Source: Antedon mediterranea (Eukaryota > Animalia > Echinodermata). From it: a stretch of DNA of 64,000 bases. Position numbers and translations under genes: made by a program. The stretch lies in the NCBI RefSeq assembly GCF_964355755.1, contig NC_092674.1, positions 1,736,001 through 1,800,000 of the forward strand. The letters run 5' to 3'. Below the pieces are notes generated by a model, which saw nothing but the letters and a program-made list of their open reading frames with translations, ran no database searches and was not told where the DNA came from. Below, piece after piece: positions 13,420-26,248 of the stretch (position 1 is its first letter; the number at the start of each line of letters is the position of its first letter).

Positions 13420-13858
13420 TGGGCAGGCTGGTCCAATGTTTGTTGTGGTCGGGCTGGTCCAATGTTTGCGTGGTCGAGATGGTTCAATATTTTTGAGCGG
13501 GCTGGTCTAATTTGCGAGCGGTGCTGGTCCATTGTTTGTGAGCGGGCTAGTCCAATGTCTGTATGCAAGCTGGTCTAATGTCTGTGTGCGGACTGGTCCA
13601 ATGTTTGTGTGCGGACTCCAATGTTTGTGTGTGAGCTGGTCCAATGTTTGTTGCGGTTGGGGGTGGTCCAATTTTTGTTGTGGTAGGGCTGGTCCAATGT
13701 TTGTTCTGGTCGGGCTGGTTCAATGTTTGTGGGCTGGCTGGTCCAATTTGTGAGCGGGCTGGTCCAATGTCTGTGAGCGGGCTGGTCCAACATTTGTGAG
13801 CAGGCTGGTCCAATATTTGTGGGCGGATGGTCCAATGTTTGTGAGCGGTGCTGGTTCA
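13420..13858. repeat. Minisatellite, ~23-25-bp unit (gggctggtccaatgtttgtgagc)
   Basis: Directly visible degenerate tandem copies lying between the 3' ends of two convergent genes. Confidence 0.9.
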
Positions 13859-13983
13859 GAAGGTGGACGGTGCTCCTGCTATCGTCCTGCGACATCTTAC
13901 ACGTGGCTTGTTACAAACTTTGGTGGACGATCAGTAAAAGAAACTGTATGCCTACTGCGAATCGCACTTTCCTGTTTTTATTT

Positions 13984-16900
13984 TTAATCAACAGACATCT
14001 TTAAATTTATTTTGATATTGAATAGTAGAGCTTTTGCATAATATGCTTCGGTCATATGAATAATACTAATAAAAATAATAGTATAGTATAGTAATAAGAA
14101 ATACTAAAATAAATACATTACCTGATTAGTGATGTTTACTTTATTTTTGCCTGGAATGTATTTCGCAATAGTTGTTATCATTGGATCCATAATCTAAAAC
14201 AAGTACAGTAATACGCTACAGCTCAAGTTAATATTCAAGCAACGCTCGAAGGAGTTATAGATATACAGTATTCAGAAATTGAACATTTCACTCGAAACAT
14301 ATACGCACGTCAATAATGCGACGCGCGCGCGGGCAGTACTAGATAATATTTACTAATTTTAGCATTCTACTCGACCAATACACGCGTGTTATTATTGCGA
14401 CGCGCGGGCAGTACTAGATAATATTCACCAATTATTAACATTCTACTCGAACAATAGACGCGTATCATTAATGCGACGCGTGGGCAGTACTATATAAACG
14501 TTACCAATTATTAATATTCTACTCGAACAATACACGCGTGTCATAGTGAAACTATCTTGCTTGTTCTTGCTATTACGTAATTAAGATATTGCCAACAGTG
14601 TGACTGTGGGGCAAGAGACAAATCAGCCTATGTAATATTATATACCCACTCACAATAAGCTTCAAGTGTAAATACTACATACCTGATTATCCAGTATACA
14701 GCAAACGACAAACAAAAATAGCCCTTGTAACGAGTTGAGTATATTGAACAGATACGTCATAAACACGTGACTGGTGGCGTCGATGTTCCAAACTCCTATT
14801 ATCCATGTAAGACCGAGAATCGGAAGAAGAACAAAAGTTCCTCTAACGGCATTCCTAAAAAAAAAGAGGATTGGAATTTTAAATAATTTCCATGGGTTCT
14901 CCAAGTGTTTGTTTTTTTGCAGATTTTCTTTAGTCAATAGTTCCGTCGAGGAGATACCGTGGTCGATTAAAATAGTTTGTTAGGACGATGCAAACTTGAA
15001 CTTGAACTTGAACTTTTTTGTCAAACTAGTTTGATAGTGTAGACAGAGCTTAAGAACATAACCTTGCGTATGATATCACAACCGACGCCGTACAAACACT
15101 ACCGGTCAACACAGATTTCTGCTTTTTGCGTACGTCGCTTTTTGCATAATTTTTTACAGTGGGAACCAAGCTTTAGCTGACAGTACTGCCGGCCTGGTGT
15201 TTGTTCCCACTTACTATGTAACCTTAGTTGCAATTATCTATTGTTTCTTATACAACTTTCAATATATTGTTGTTTAGACTTAAAATTACAAGTCGTAGTT
15301 TTGAACAACTTAAACGTATATAACATTATTATGGTTGTCTCCTAACCTCAATTGTTTGTACTCGTTTTGCTTTTTAGGAGGCTTTGTCACAACCGATCCT
15401 GATCTTCTGTAAATCACGTGGATCATTTTTCCCAACACAAATATGTTTATCTAAAAACAGAAAGATACTATTCTTCTATACTTATGAAGAACATAAAATA
15501 ATCAATTTCACTTTCATTTTATCGATAACTCATAGAAATGTTGACATATTTGATTTTGTCGATTTTCTTGTATTGTATTTGGAATATTTAGCAAATGTAA
15601 AAATATTTAGTGTTTACGTTTACTTGGGATGTATAACATTATATATAACACATTTTTTCTCAACTTGTATGAAACTTTATTCAATGATTGTCTTTGTGAT
15701 TTGTGGGGAAGGGGACTACAGAAAACCTTCTCTGTAAGATTCCTGCAATATTGTATGTAACATTATTATATAGCTGAATAAATGTGAATTGAAAAAAAAG
15801 AAAGTAAGAATGAGCAGATGTATGTTCGCTTGCTTTTAAATATTTGGTGTTAAACATACCCCAATGATCAAACAAGCTGGGATTGCAACAGACAGACGAC
15901 ACGACAACTTAAGCCAGCATCTAAAACATATCGTTCAAAGTATTAGTTTATTACCTTGCATTGACCAATACACAGCTTTTTTTCGCCATAGTAAAACATT
16001 TTGACTGAACATAATAGTGACATGCTGACTGCTAACACGTTTAGGTTTTAAACACACTAAACATGTAATTCGTTTTTAAAACTAAATGTGTGGAAAAAGT
16101 GGGTTCAAAATAGAGGTTTAAGATCTAAACACTATTTTTACAGTGTAGGCCTAAAATAAGTAATTATTTAGTATGATTAACATCAAAAGAATGACAATTA
16201 TTAATACAACATTTTTGGGGTTAAAGCAATAAAGTAAAAATACATACATGGTATCAGTGACATAACATTCATGTTTAAATGTTGTAACCACGGCAACGAT
16301 GAACGCAGGCGTCACGTAGCAGAACAATGTGTAATGTATGTACTTGAATCTTTTAGACTTGTTGTATACTACTTTTAAAACCAAGAAAACAGCTTCTGCC
16401 AGCATCCACATAAACATGCACAGAATGAGATAATGCAGGAGTATAGACACGGCCGTACATAAAACCTAAGAAAAAGAAAGACAATAGTTTAGCAAGTTTT
16501 AGGAAAGAGATAATGCAGGAGTATAGACACTGCCTTACATAAGGAAAAACAAAGAAAAAAAAAAGGAAAAAAAAAAAAGAAAAAAAGAGAAAAAAAGAAA
16601 AAAAGAGGAAAAAAGGAGAACTTATAAAGTACAAACACTAATTTTGCTTGAACTTTTGATAATTCTTCGAAACTATTTTTCAATGAATTAAAAGAAACAA
16701 CGCTCACCTTTCTGTTCGTTTGGTTGAGAACTGTTAGAAACAGTATATCAACTGCTAGTGTGCACACAATGAGGTTGATATGGATCTTATAACGCAAAGT
16801 TATCTTGTTTCTATTGAATGAACATTTACAAAACACTGTAGGTATATTATTATAAATAACACTACTCGTTTCAATAGTAATAATCTCATGTTTAATTTTA

Positions 16901-19900
16901 ATAAGATAGAAAAGCTTGACACTGATGATGGGAAACAATTTCCTAAACCAAGTTTGTAAACTATCATCCGTCTTCAAAAATAAAAACACGAGCTTACTAT
17001 TGTAAGTATAGTATATTAGAATATTTAAACTATTATAATTCAATTCAATTATTTTCCCGAAGACATATAAAATATATAATACAATAAAACATACAAACAC
17101 AAGAAAACTAACACCATTCTGGCGGATTATCAGTTTTTCGTCTTTGATATATTTATAGACGTTTCTAAAAGATACCACAACAAACCACGAATAAAGGAGG
17201 AAAAATGTTCCAAAATGGTTTTGCTAGCTGTGATTTTATGATGGTGACCCAACAACACAACGCTATCTTTGTAAATCCTCCCCAACGAAAAGAAATAGGC
17301 ACATTCAAAATGTACAGAACGCAAACCTTAATAACAAGTACACTATTAGATTGATAGACAACGTAAAGATCGATACGCTTAGACCAACAACTGTAATCCA
17401 GGAGTTGATAACTTCGTCATCTGTTGGTAACTGAGAAAAAATACATATAATAGTAAACAGTAATAAGTATATACCATGGTTCTAATATTGAGCGCTTCTT
17501 GTGAGTTTACAACAAAGTAAAGCAAATATTTACCACGTTTTTTGAAATTTGCATCAACACGGAAAAACTTGTCAGGTGAGAACAAAAACAACGAACAAAC
17601 TTTTCTGTGACATTGTTCACATGGCAACCTCTTGATGACCATTTGCTATCATTGTTTGTCAAAACAAATACGTTAGAATAATTCGACGAGGAAGAGGCTA
17701 CATGAAGAATATTAGCAACCAAAATAAAGGGTGCGTAATGTGTTTGGCACACTGTAAAAGCCACTAATATTATTATTTTCCTCTGAATTATAAAAGGTTT
17801 TTACAAATACGGCTACCTGAATTTCAGAATGTAACTTAATCACAATACCAGCGATTGGTTAATAGTACATAGATGTTAGTTAGTAAAAAGCAATTTACCT
17901 AGCTTGTATGTCAAAGAACACGCATGCGTACGTCTCTTCATATTCTACAGAATCCTACAAATGACGTAAATAAAATGTTTAACCAAAATGTAGAGGAGTG
18001 ATTCTTCAAGAGGGTGTGACGTTAGTTTCATAAACATGACATTTAATTATGATAATAATATTATCCTAACTTTACTTTGATGTTTTTTTATATTTTCTAT
18101 GTGTTCCGATACAAAATAAAACTGTCATCAAAATTCAGAAGATGCTGATCCAGATAATCGGATTAGTATTTTGATCCAAAATTATATCTTATCTTATCTC
18201 GAATTATTTCTTACAGTTAGTGGCACGATTGGAAGAGTGTACATCATTTGAGCAGCATCTACAGCCGTACTATTGTCCTCGTCGTAAATACTTATTGAAA
18301 GCACACCACTGACTAGGTATGAACGAATGACGTCACCTGAACCAGATCCTGATCTAAAATCCGTCAAGAAAAACATAAAGCATCATTTTGTGCAAAAGTA
18401 AATTTAACCAGTGAAAAGTTAATAACTCTTCCCTGATTTAACTGTGTTATAAGGCAACAAAATAAAACCCTATTTCTTTAAGATGTTCATATGACAGTAA
18501 ACTGGGAACATTAAGAAATAGTAATAGTTAGTCATATACATCAGTATAGTTAAAAGGCGAATTGTGGTATTTTTTTTTAAATAGAGGTTCAAATTGTTCA
18601 CTTGTTTTGAGTTGTGGCTGCCTACTAAATACTATGTATTCCTACGGATGCCTATATGTAATACTCACGTGATGTCTTCTACAGGTACGTCATTACCAGG
18701 CCCAGTTAGTACATTGTCACTCTCAATATACAAGAAAACAATTGCTAGATTATCTGTTTGAAAAAGATAAATCATATAGGTTGATTTTCATGGAGAAGAA
18801 ACATTAGCAAAGTGAGATTATCTTTACAACATGCAGTCCTTTAAAAGGGAACTTGATACGCAATAGCGTACGCTCAATGCAAGTGAGTTGACCAATCACA
18901 AGCGACCAGGAAAGCGTAAATTTACTCTTCGCTGCGACAAACGATAACATCAGGATTGTTCAAATTACTTAGATTAGGAAGTGGTAACCAAACTTAAAGT
19001 TGCCTTAAAGAATTTTCTCGACACTTGTTTTTTTAAGAATCAGGATGACTGCAGTTACAATGGATATATATTAAAATATTAAAACTTACGGTTTTCTTAG
19101 TTTAAGTGTTTTTATTTATTTGCTATGGGTATATTATGGGATTATGGTATTCGGAAATAAAACGATAAAATGATGAATGAATATATTAAACTCACCGTTA
19201 TTGACCAACATCTGCACGGTAGCAAAAGCTGATTGGTTAAACTTGGTATTGATCTCCTTCTGGATATAAGTCGCATTCCCAATCCAAATGTAAAAAAACG
19301 ATTTTTACAAATTTGAATGAAACAGGAATGTTAATGTTTAGGTAAGTTAAAATCAAAATAAACAATTTAATTCTTGTCTCCTGAAAAAAATAATTCTTAA
19401 TAAATTGTTGATAAATATGCCATTTTAATGTAACGGAAAAAAAATGTATTTACCTGAAAAACTGTAATTCAAAGCAAAAAATGGTTAAATTTGCTGCCAG
19501 CCAATGAGTTTTTTGTTTGTTTAATTTAACCATTTATCTTGTCATTTTGTAAGTGAAAATATTATTTTCGCTTTTTCTACGGAAGTGATTAACGTTATTA
19601 AAACTACAAATAACATATTCAAAGTCTGATTTAATTAATCTTCATTTTTAATGTTTTTGGGTAACAATACATCTTTAAAAAGAAAGAACCAAAGTAACCT
19701 ATAACTTACAATTCGATTGATCCTCTATTGTAATGTAATATTTTGAAGAACTCTTCAATTGCCTTAAAATACTTGATTCTTGAGACGCAATCCATGGCAT
19801 CAGAGAATCTTCTATCTAGAAAAAACAATTATAATCACAAGAAGTCACAGATTACACCACTAAGCCTTGTTTTCCACTAGGCGAAGTTCTCACTTGGACG

Positions 19901-22900
19901 GAACGTAAGAACGTAAGCGCATCGCACGTAATTTTACCAATCATGACGTGCATGGGTTATCCGAACTGTCGCTTGACAACTCACTTGCGTTGCGCTTACG
20001 TACTTGCGTTGCGTCCTAGCGGCAACCAAGCTTAAGGTTATGTATTGAATTGGTTTGTTTTTATTTATCTATTATTTTGTTAAGCTCACACGAACGTGTG
20101 TTGCGCTGCATCCAAGCATTCCTGATTGGTTACTCATTTTTGTCGCATCACAAAAAGTGAATGGAAACATAATATAAACACGCACGCACATAATATTTTT
20201 ATATCGACTTACTGCAAAATTATTTGTGTAGAGAAACATATTCTCTGTAACATTTGACAGAAACACATCTGGTAGAAGTAACTCAGCTGGCGGACTTGAG
20301 GGATTGACGATCGAGTTATTTGTGGAGAGAAATGTATTCTCTGTAACGTTTGACGGAAACGTAAACAAATCTAGTAGACTACTCTTTCTAAGTAAATCAG
20401 CTGGCGGACTTGACAGAATGTTGATCGAGTTATTTCCAATTTCCGATCTACTCATTTCATCCGTTGAAATCGGCGTAAAAGTGGTTGTTAATGATCTCAA
20501 CAATGGTTCTTGAAAAAGAATGAATTATAAGGTCAGTTCAAGTGAGATCAAGTGTTTGCGTGTTTCGCGCCACATATCAGAAATCATAGATAAGTTGACC
20601 TTGTACAAACCAGGTACGCGCGCGCACATTATTACATTAGATGACAAAAACGGGAAGCAACAGAGAAAGAAGAATGATCTCACTCACACTAAATAATGTT
20701 GACCTGTTGGTTTATATTTGTCAAAACTTTGAAGAACTGGGCTATATAGATTTTAATAACAAACATATACAAACAAGGGAAATGTGGATTCTTCTCCTCA
20801 GAATAGGTCAATAATAAAATGTACGTACCTCTGTCATTTCTTATAATAGTTTTACTAAGTAAAGTGGTTTTCTGTAGTGTAGGTTTGTTTGTAGTCACTT
20901 CAAAGTTTTTGGAAATATTATTGCCTATATAAGTAAATGCAAATATAAATCATACAAACACCCTTGTTATGTTTGTATGCAATATCTTAAAAAGAGCTTG
21001 CATAAAGCAAATACAGGTTGGTAGTTAATATCTACAATTTCTCTTAACCAAAGTGCCGTATTACTTAGCATTATAAAAAAAAATTCAACAATGATAAAAC
21101 CGATACACGGATTCACACATTCCATATTCATTATTATTATTTAAAAGTAATGAACCAACAAACAACAACAAAGTAGGTTTCTTCTTGTGTTCGTTAGTTA
21201 AAGTGTATTGCACGTTTTACGTGAAATCAGTTAATACCAATAAATATTTAAAATAAAGTTACTGGCGGCCACACCTTGCAATAGAAGCAATAACCCACTA
21301 ATGTTATCTGGTTGTCCGCATTCATTGCCCAACCAAATCGTATTACCCAAAGGGACCAATCGACAAGCTCGTTGTTAATCTGTCTACACTATCAAACTAG
21401 TTTGACAAAAAAATGTGTGATATGCTCAAATATGGTAGTGATATTTTTAAATATGATAGTGTATGACATCATCATATTCATAAATGGCCACATCACATAA
21501 AGTTTGATAGTGTAGACAGAGCTTTAGATTGCTTACAAGTTTAGACTTTTATCGTAAGCTTGAAATACAGAAATAATTGTCCTTACCGGTACGATGTACT
21601 TGAAATGCCCACTTCCCTCCACAGGTTTCCTCGAGGTTCCCAGGGCATTGAACGTCACAATTCGTGCTGTTTATTCGATTCTCCATGAACACGTTGTTAA
21701 AACAGTTACACTCAAAACCATAATTCAGTGCCGCATATACATAGTGTATGGCTGTACAGTGTTTAACACACATGTCAATATCCATGAAAACGCTTTCTAT
21801 TAAAAGTGTAGAAAAAGCGAAGGAATAGCTAAAGCATCCTACATAATCATCTGTAAACAAGATTGACATAAAGAAGTTTGGAAAAATACCATAGAGATAT
21901 TAAAAAGATACTATAGGATGAATCATAGTTATAGTGAGTTTATCAAGATTGACATAAAGAAGTTTGGAAAAATACCATGGAGATACTAAAATGATACTAA
22001 AGGATGAACCATAGTTATTGTGAATTTATCAAAATTGACATAAAGAAGTTTGGAAAAATACCATAGAGATACTAAAATAATACTAGAAGATAAACCATAG
22101 TTATTATGAGTTATCAATGTAGTTCTCTTTATAAGATCATCGGGAAATACTAAACAATAAACACGAGGATACGACTTGCAATACTTTGATTATCTCAAAA
22201 GTAGGGCAGAAAGATTGTTTCTATAAAGGCTAGGCACACATTGCTTTTTAAGAAAATATTAGTTATGTACGTACCTCTATCGCTGAAAATCATATGTAAG
22301 GGTGTTCCTGGGTTGTTTGTCGTCAAAGTAATTCCTAAAATGTGATTAAAAGAAGAATGATACATTATATTACTTAGTAAATCGATCTTTTAAATTGACA
22401 TTAATAAATGCAAAATATCAACCAAACCTAGTCGTTACTTAAATTAATGCAAATATGTCACATGCTCGATCTCAATTCATTCATACACACTATTCAGCAC
22501 TAGAAGAAATAGCTTTTCTCATGAGGGCCCCTACAATACAAATATGCAAAAATTGAAAATGCTTTGAATACAGCTGAAGTACACTAAGACAATCAGTTCA
22601 CAAATGTTGTGTTTATTACAACACATTCACATTTAATCAGCAATATAACTATTTACATTACAGGGTAATTGTCTGTAGTCGTAAGATTGTGTCACTCTGA
22701 TTGGAGCTTGATGTGAACCAGGTTTACCTGTACTGTGCACTTGTGATCGCATTACACCTCCGCATGTTTCCATTACATTTCCCAAACATGGCACGTCACA
22801 ATAACTGTTGTTTACTCTGGTCGAGAAGTCGACGTCATTTGTGCAGATACACTCAAAACCAAAATGCAAAGCGGCGTAGAGGAGACCGTTATCATGACAG

Positions 22901-24977
22901 TATCTAATGCATATGTCAATACCTAGGTCTTGTTGAGTTGACGTGTATGTGTCAGAAGCAACAAAACTGTCTGAGAAGCATCCAATATAATCAACTAGAA
23001 ATATAACAGTCATTTCAACATTATACCAACACGAATGTAACGTAGATGACGTCATGGTATATTCTTTTCAACAACATTTATATTTTAACCCACGTTTGTC
23101 TTTGTTTTTTTTTAATTTCATTTCTTTTTCATCGTTAAAGCGTTGCAATTTTTGGAGCTTTACTGCTTTTTCTTAAATTTTTTTGGTATTTAATGGGATC
23201 ATTTTTAGTCGCGTGGAAGCGACTCTATAGTTCACTATGTCGGTCGGTCGGTCTGTCTGTCTGTCTGTCTGTCGGTCTGTCGGTCTGTCTGTCTGTCTGT
23301 CGGTCCGGTATCACTATGCGTTTTATCGCTTTATGACCTTATCTTGATATCAGTTTAATCTAGCTAGGTCAATTTTTCACAGTATATTCCTTATGGCCAG
23401 GAATCAATGTGGTTATGTTTTCACGGTGCGCAATAAAAAATTACGCGGTCTACGCACGATTTAACGAAATCACGTTTGTAATCATATCTTCACAACCATG
23501 AATCACAATTAAATAAAATTTGGTACTCATAAATTTCAGGGCATAAATCATCATATGGCAATACAATTACGTGCGTAGCGCATGTAACGCATGCGTACGC
23601 GCGCTTAAAATTTTCAAAATTTATTTTCGATGAAATAAGAAATAAAATAATAATAATAATAATAATAATTTCAGGCAATTTTAAGCGTTTACAAAATTGC
23701 CATGAGTGCGCATATTTTTGCGCGCGCACTGCGCGTTAAATGTTATTGCGCACTCTTTTTGCCCGATTTCTGTTTTCTTGACTTATTTTTCAACTCGAAA
23801 TTACGTTATACGAGCACGTCGAAAGTGACAGGCTACGCACGTGTAAATTAAAAAAATTTAAATGTCTTTAAACATTTCAACATTTTTAAACATGTTCAGT
23901 AATTTCGGTCAGTATAGTTCACTTTGTCGGTCGGTCGGTCTGTCTGTCTGTCTGTCGGTCTGTCGGTCTGTCTGTCGGTCTGTCTGTCCGGTATCACTAT
24001 GCATTGTAGCACGCGACTTAATGGCTGTTGGCCTTGTTGTGTATAAAGCGCTTATAAACATGGTATTATGCCCTATATAAAACTACCATTATTATTATTA
24101 TTATAAATCAAAGACTACCATTATTATTATCTGGCTAAAATATCACAAATAAATACAGTATATATTAAATTAAATACATACCACGTTTTGTAAAATGTGC
24201 TGATGCCGTGACGGTTCTTGATGATTGGGTTGTTAAAACAGAAATAGTTGTAGCATTAGGCTCTATATTTTATCAAAAATATAAATTGAATTATATTTAT
24301 TTTTCAACGTTATTTCAAGAGGGATTACAACAGTACAGCTGAATTAAAGCAAAAATAATAAAAAAAATTAATAATATTTAAAAAATTATATATTTTAAAA
24401 TAACATTAGAGATGACAACTTTCATTAAAAATTTTAAAAAATTCCATTGCTTAAATCTAATTGCGCAATTCAACCAAAAAACTCGATATCGATTTTATTG
24501 GTCGACGACGACTTGGGAAAAATGACGTATTGCATAATTTACATAATGTACTATTTCGTTGCAAATCGAACATTCTTTGCGTGGGGTAACTTTCGATAAA
24601 GTACCTTTGATATTGTGTTGACGTCTTGTGACTGCTGTACTTGTAGTGGAGAAACTACCCAAACCTTTAGAATAAAAATCAATATAACAAATAACCAAAT
24701 TCATTAAAAAAAATCTGTGGAAACGTTCCGGTTAATTATGTTGGCACTGAAACCTATATATTGGGCCAATCAATGGCAAGAAAAATTAAACTTGAGTTCG
24801 AGGAGCATTAAAAAAAACAGATAGATCGGTAAAAGAATAAGAAAAAAAAGTTCAAATCTGGTTCAGGTTTCTGTTGCAATGACGTCATCCAACGACGCTT
24901 TGCGAAGAAAATGACTACTTACCAAATAAACAAGATCCAAAAAGGAGGACCATAACACACGGACTCGCACCCTCCAT
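13984..24977 (-). CDS. Adhesion GPCR with 2 WSC domains, Ser/Thr stalk, GAIN/GPS and 7TM; exons 24977-24923, 24664-24605, 24262-24182, 22994-22728, 22334-22275, 21850-21587, 20924-20829, 20508-20213, ~19815-19710, 19288-19196, 18753-18669, 18353-18215, 17954-17899, 17645-17534, 17430-17327, 16810-16708, 16465-16248, 15920-15860, 15450-15347, 14854-14683, 14193-14122, 13998-13984
   Basis: Signal peptide MEGASPCVMVLLFGSCLFG; WSC motifs YIGCFSD...CIRYC...YAALHFGFECIC...CDVPCLGN..ETCGG (twice); GPS CVFFD...WSSRGC...CFCSHLTSFSVLM; secretin/adhesion-type 7TM motifs IHINL, LLHYL...FMWMLAEA, CWL, LLPILGLTW, YLFNILNSLQGLFLF. Confidence 0.88.
14285..14545. repeat. Intronic tandem repeat, ~73-bp unit, ~3.5 copies
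   Basis: Repeated cattctactcgaacaatacacgcgt...tgcgacgcgcgggcagtactagataat. Confidence 0.8.
21856..22115. repeat. Intronic tandem repeat, ~88-bp unit, 3 copies
   Basis: Repeated attgacataaagaagtttggaaaaataccatagagata...catagtta. Confidence 0.85.
23202..24038 (+). mobile_element. Non-autonomous Helentron/HINE (DINE-1-like) element
   Basis: T-rich 5' end, subterminal IR agtcgcgtg (23207) / cacgcgact (24010), two (GTCY)n microsatellite blocks and a short 3' hairpin before ttgtt. Confidence 0.75.
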
Positions 24978-25368
24978 GTTACATCTGTTACATCTGAATA
25001 CTATTACTTAACGTAGAAAATCACTTTTTCACCAAAATAAATTGAGGGAAAACCGATGAACAGCAAAAAAGTTTTAATTGAAAAATCAAAATCAGCACAG
25101 TATTTACATTTACCCACTTCTCACGAGTGTTCGTCAAGTAACAAAGCAACCCGCAAAATGAAAAAATGTATATATATCCTAAAATGTATATAACTGATTT
25201 GATCTATTTTAGCAACAGAAATAAACAAAAAATCTTTAGGAGTTTTGGCCAAGACCTCATTTAAAACAAACGTTAAGCTTTTTTCTTATTTGTGATTATT
25301 GGACGTTTTTTTCATTATTGTTCTGTTATTGTGTGTTTTAGTAGTTTATATGAAAACTCACAATTTGT

Positions 25369-25382
25369 GTTTCCATGGCAAC
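25369..25382. promoter_or_regulatory. Candidate RFX X-box GTTTCCATGGCAAC upstream of the adhesion GPCR
   Basis: Matches the X-box consensus GTHNYYATRRNAAC; ~390 bp upstream of the ATG at 24977. Confidence 0.45.
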
Positions 25383-25433
25383 ATCATTTTTTCCGGTTAA
25401 TATTTCCGGTAATCATTGGGGGTCTTTTTTCAA

Positions 25434-25865
25434 AATGATAGAAATATGATAATGGTTTTTTAACTGTTTATAAATACAATTAACTTTTAAAAAGACCATC
25501 TAAAATATACAAGCAACAAACGCTTAAAACAACTATACATTTTTCATTGGTTTTTTTTTTTCAATATGATAATGGTTTTGTAACTGCGTATAAATACAAT
25601 TAACTTTTAAAAAGACCATCTAAAATATACAAGTAACAAAGGCCTAAAACAACTATAAATTTTTCATTAGGTTTTTTTTTTCAAAATGATAGAAATATGA
25701 TAATGGTTTTGTAACTGCTTATAAGTACAATTAACTTTTAAAAAGACCATCTAAAATATACAAGCAACAAACGCTTAAAACAACTATACATTTTTCATTG
25801 GTTTTTTTAAAAATATGATAATGGTTTTGGAACTGCTTATAAATACAATTAACTTTTAAAAAGTC
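25434..25865. repeat. Tandem repeat, ~120-130-bp unit, ~3.5 copies
   Basis: Repeated aatatgataatggttttgtaactgcttataaatacaattaacttttaaaaagaccatctaaaatatacaag. Confidence 0.9.
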
Positions 25866-25957
25866 CTTCAATTGGATAAAATGAACGCTTCCCGAAAATG
25901 TTTAACCAATTATAAATTTTATTTTAACGATTAAACGTATCAAATTGGAGTGCCTAA

Positions 25958-26248
25958 TTACAAGCCTCAGCATTCATTACAAGCGTTAACATTCATTACA
26001 AGCGTCAACATTCATTACAAGCGTCAACATTCATTACAAGCGTTAACATTCATTACAAGCGTCAACATTCATTACAAGCTTCAGCATTCATTACAAGCGT
26101 TAACATTTCATTACAAGCGTCAACATTCATTACAAGCGTCAACATTCATTCCAAGCGTCAACATTCATTACAAGCGTCAACATTCATTACAAGCGTCAAC
26201 ATTCATTACAAGTGTCAACATTCATTACAAGCGTCAACATTTCATTCC
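25958..26248. repeat. Minisatellite, 19-bp unit ttacaagcgtcaacattca, ~15 copies
   Basis: Directly visible head-to-tail units with no spacers. Confidence 0.95.

Noticed and set aside
13365-14004. Several overlapping ORFs on both strands
   Set aside because: All arise from the ~24-bp minisatellite.
15955-16045. Possible extra TM5 exon of the GPCR (LNVLAVSMSLL...)
   Set aside because: No AG acceptor in the needed phase. Exons 15920-15860 and 15450-15347 already supply TM5 in frame.
16489-17178. 229-aa hydrophobic ORF as a separate gene
   Set aside because: Mostly AT-rich intron read-through. Only the TM2 exon (16810-16708) and a short duplicated exon fragment are meaningful.
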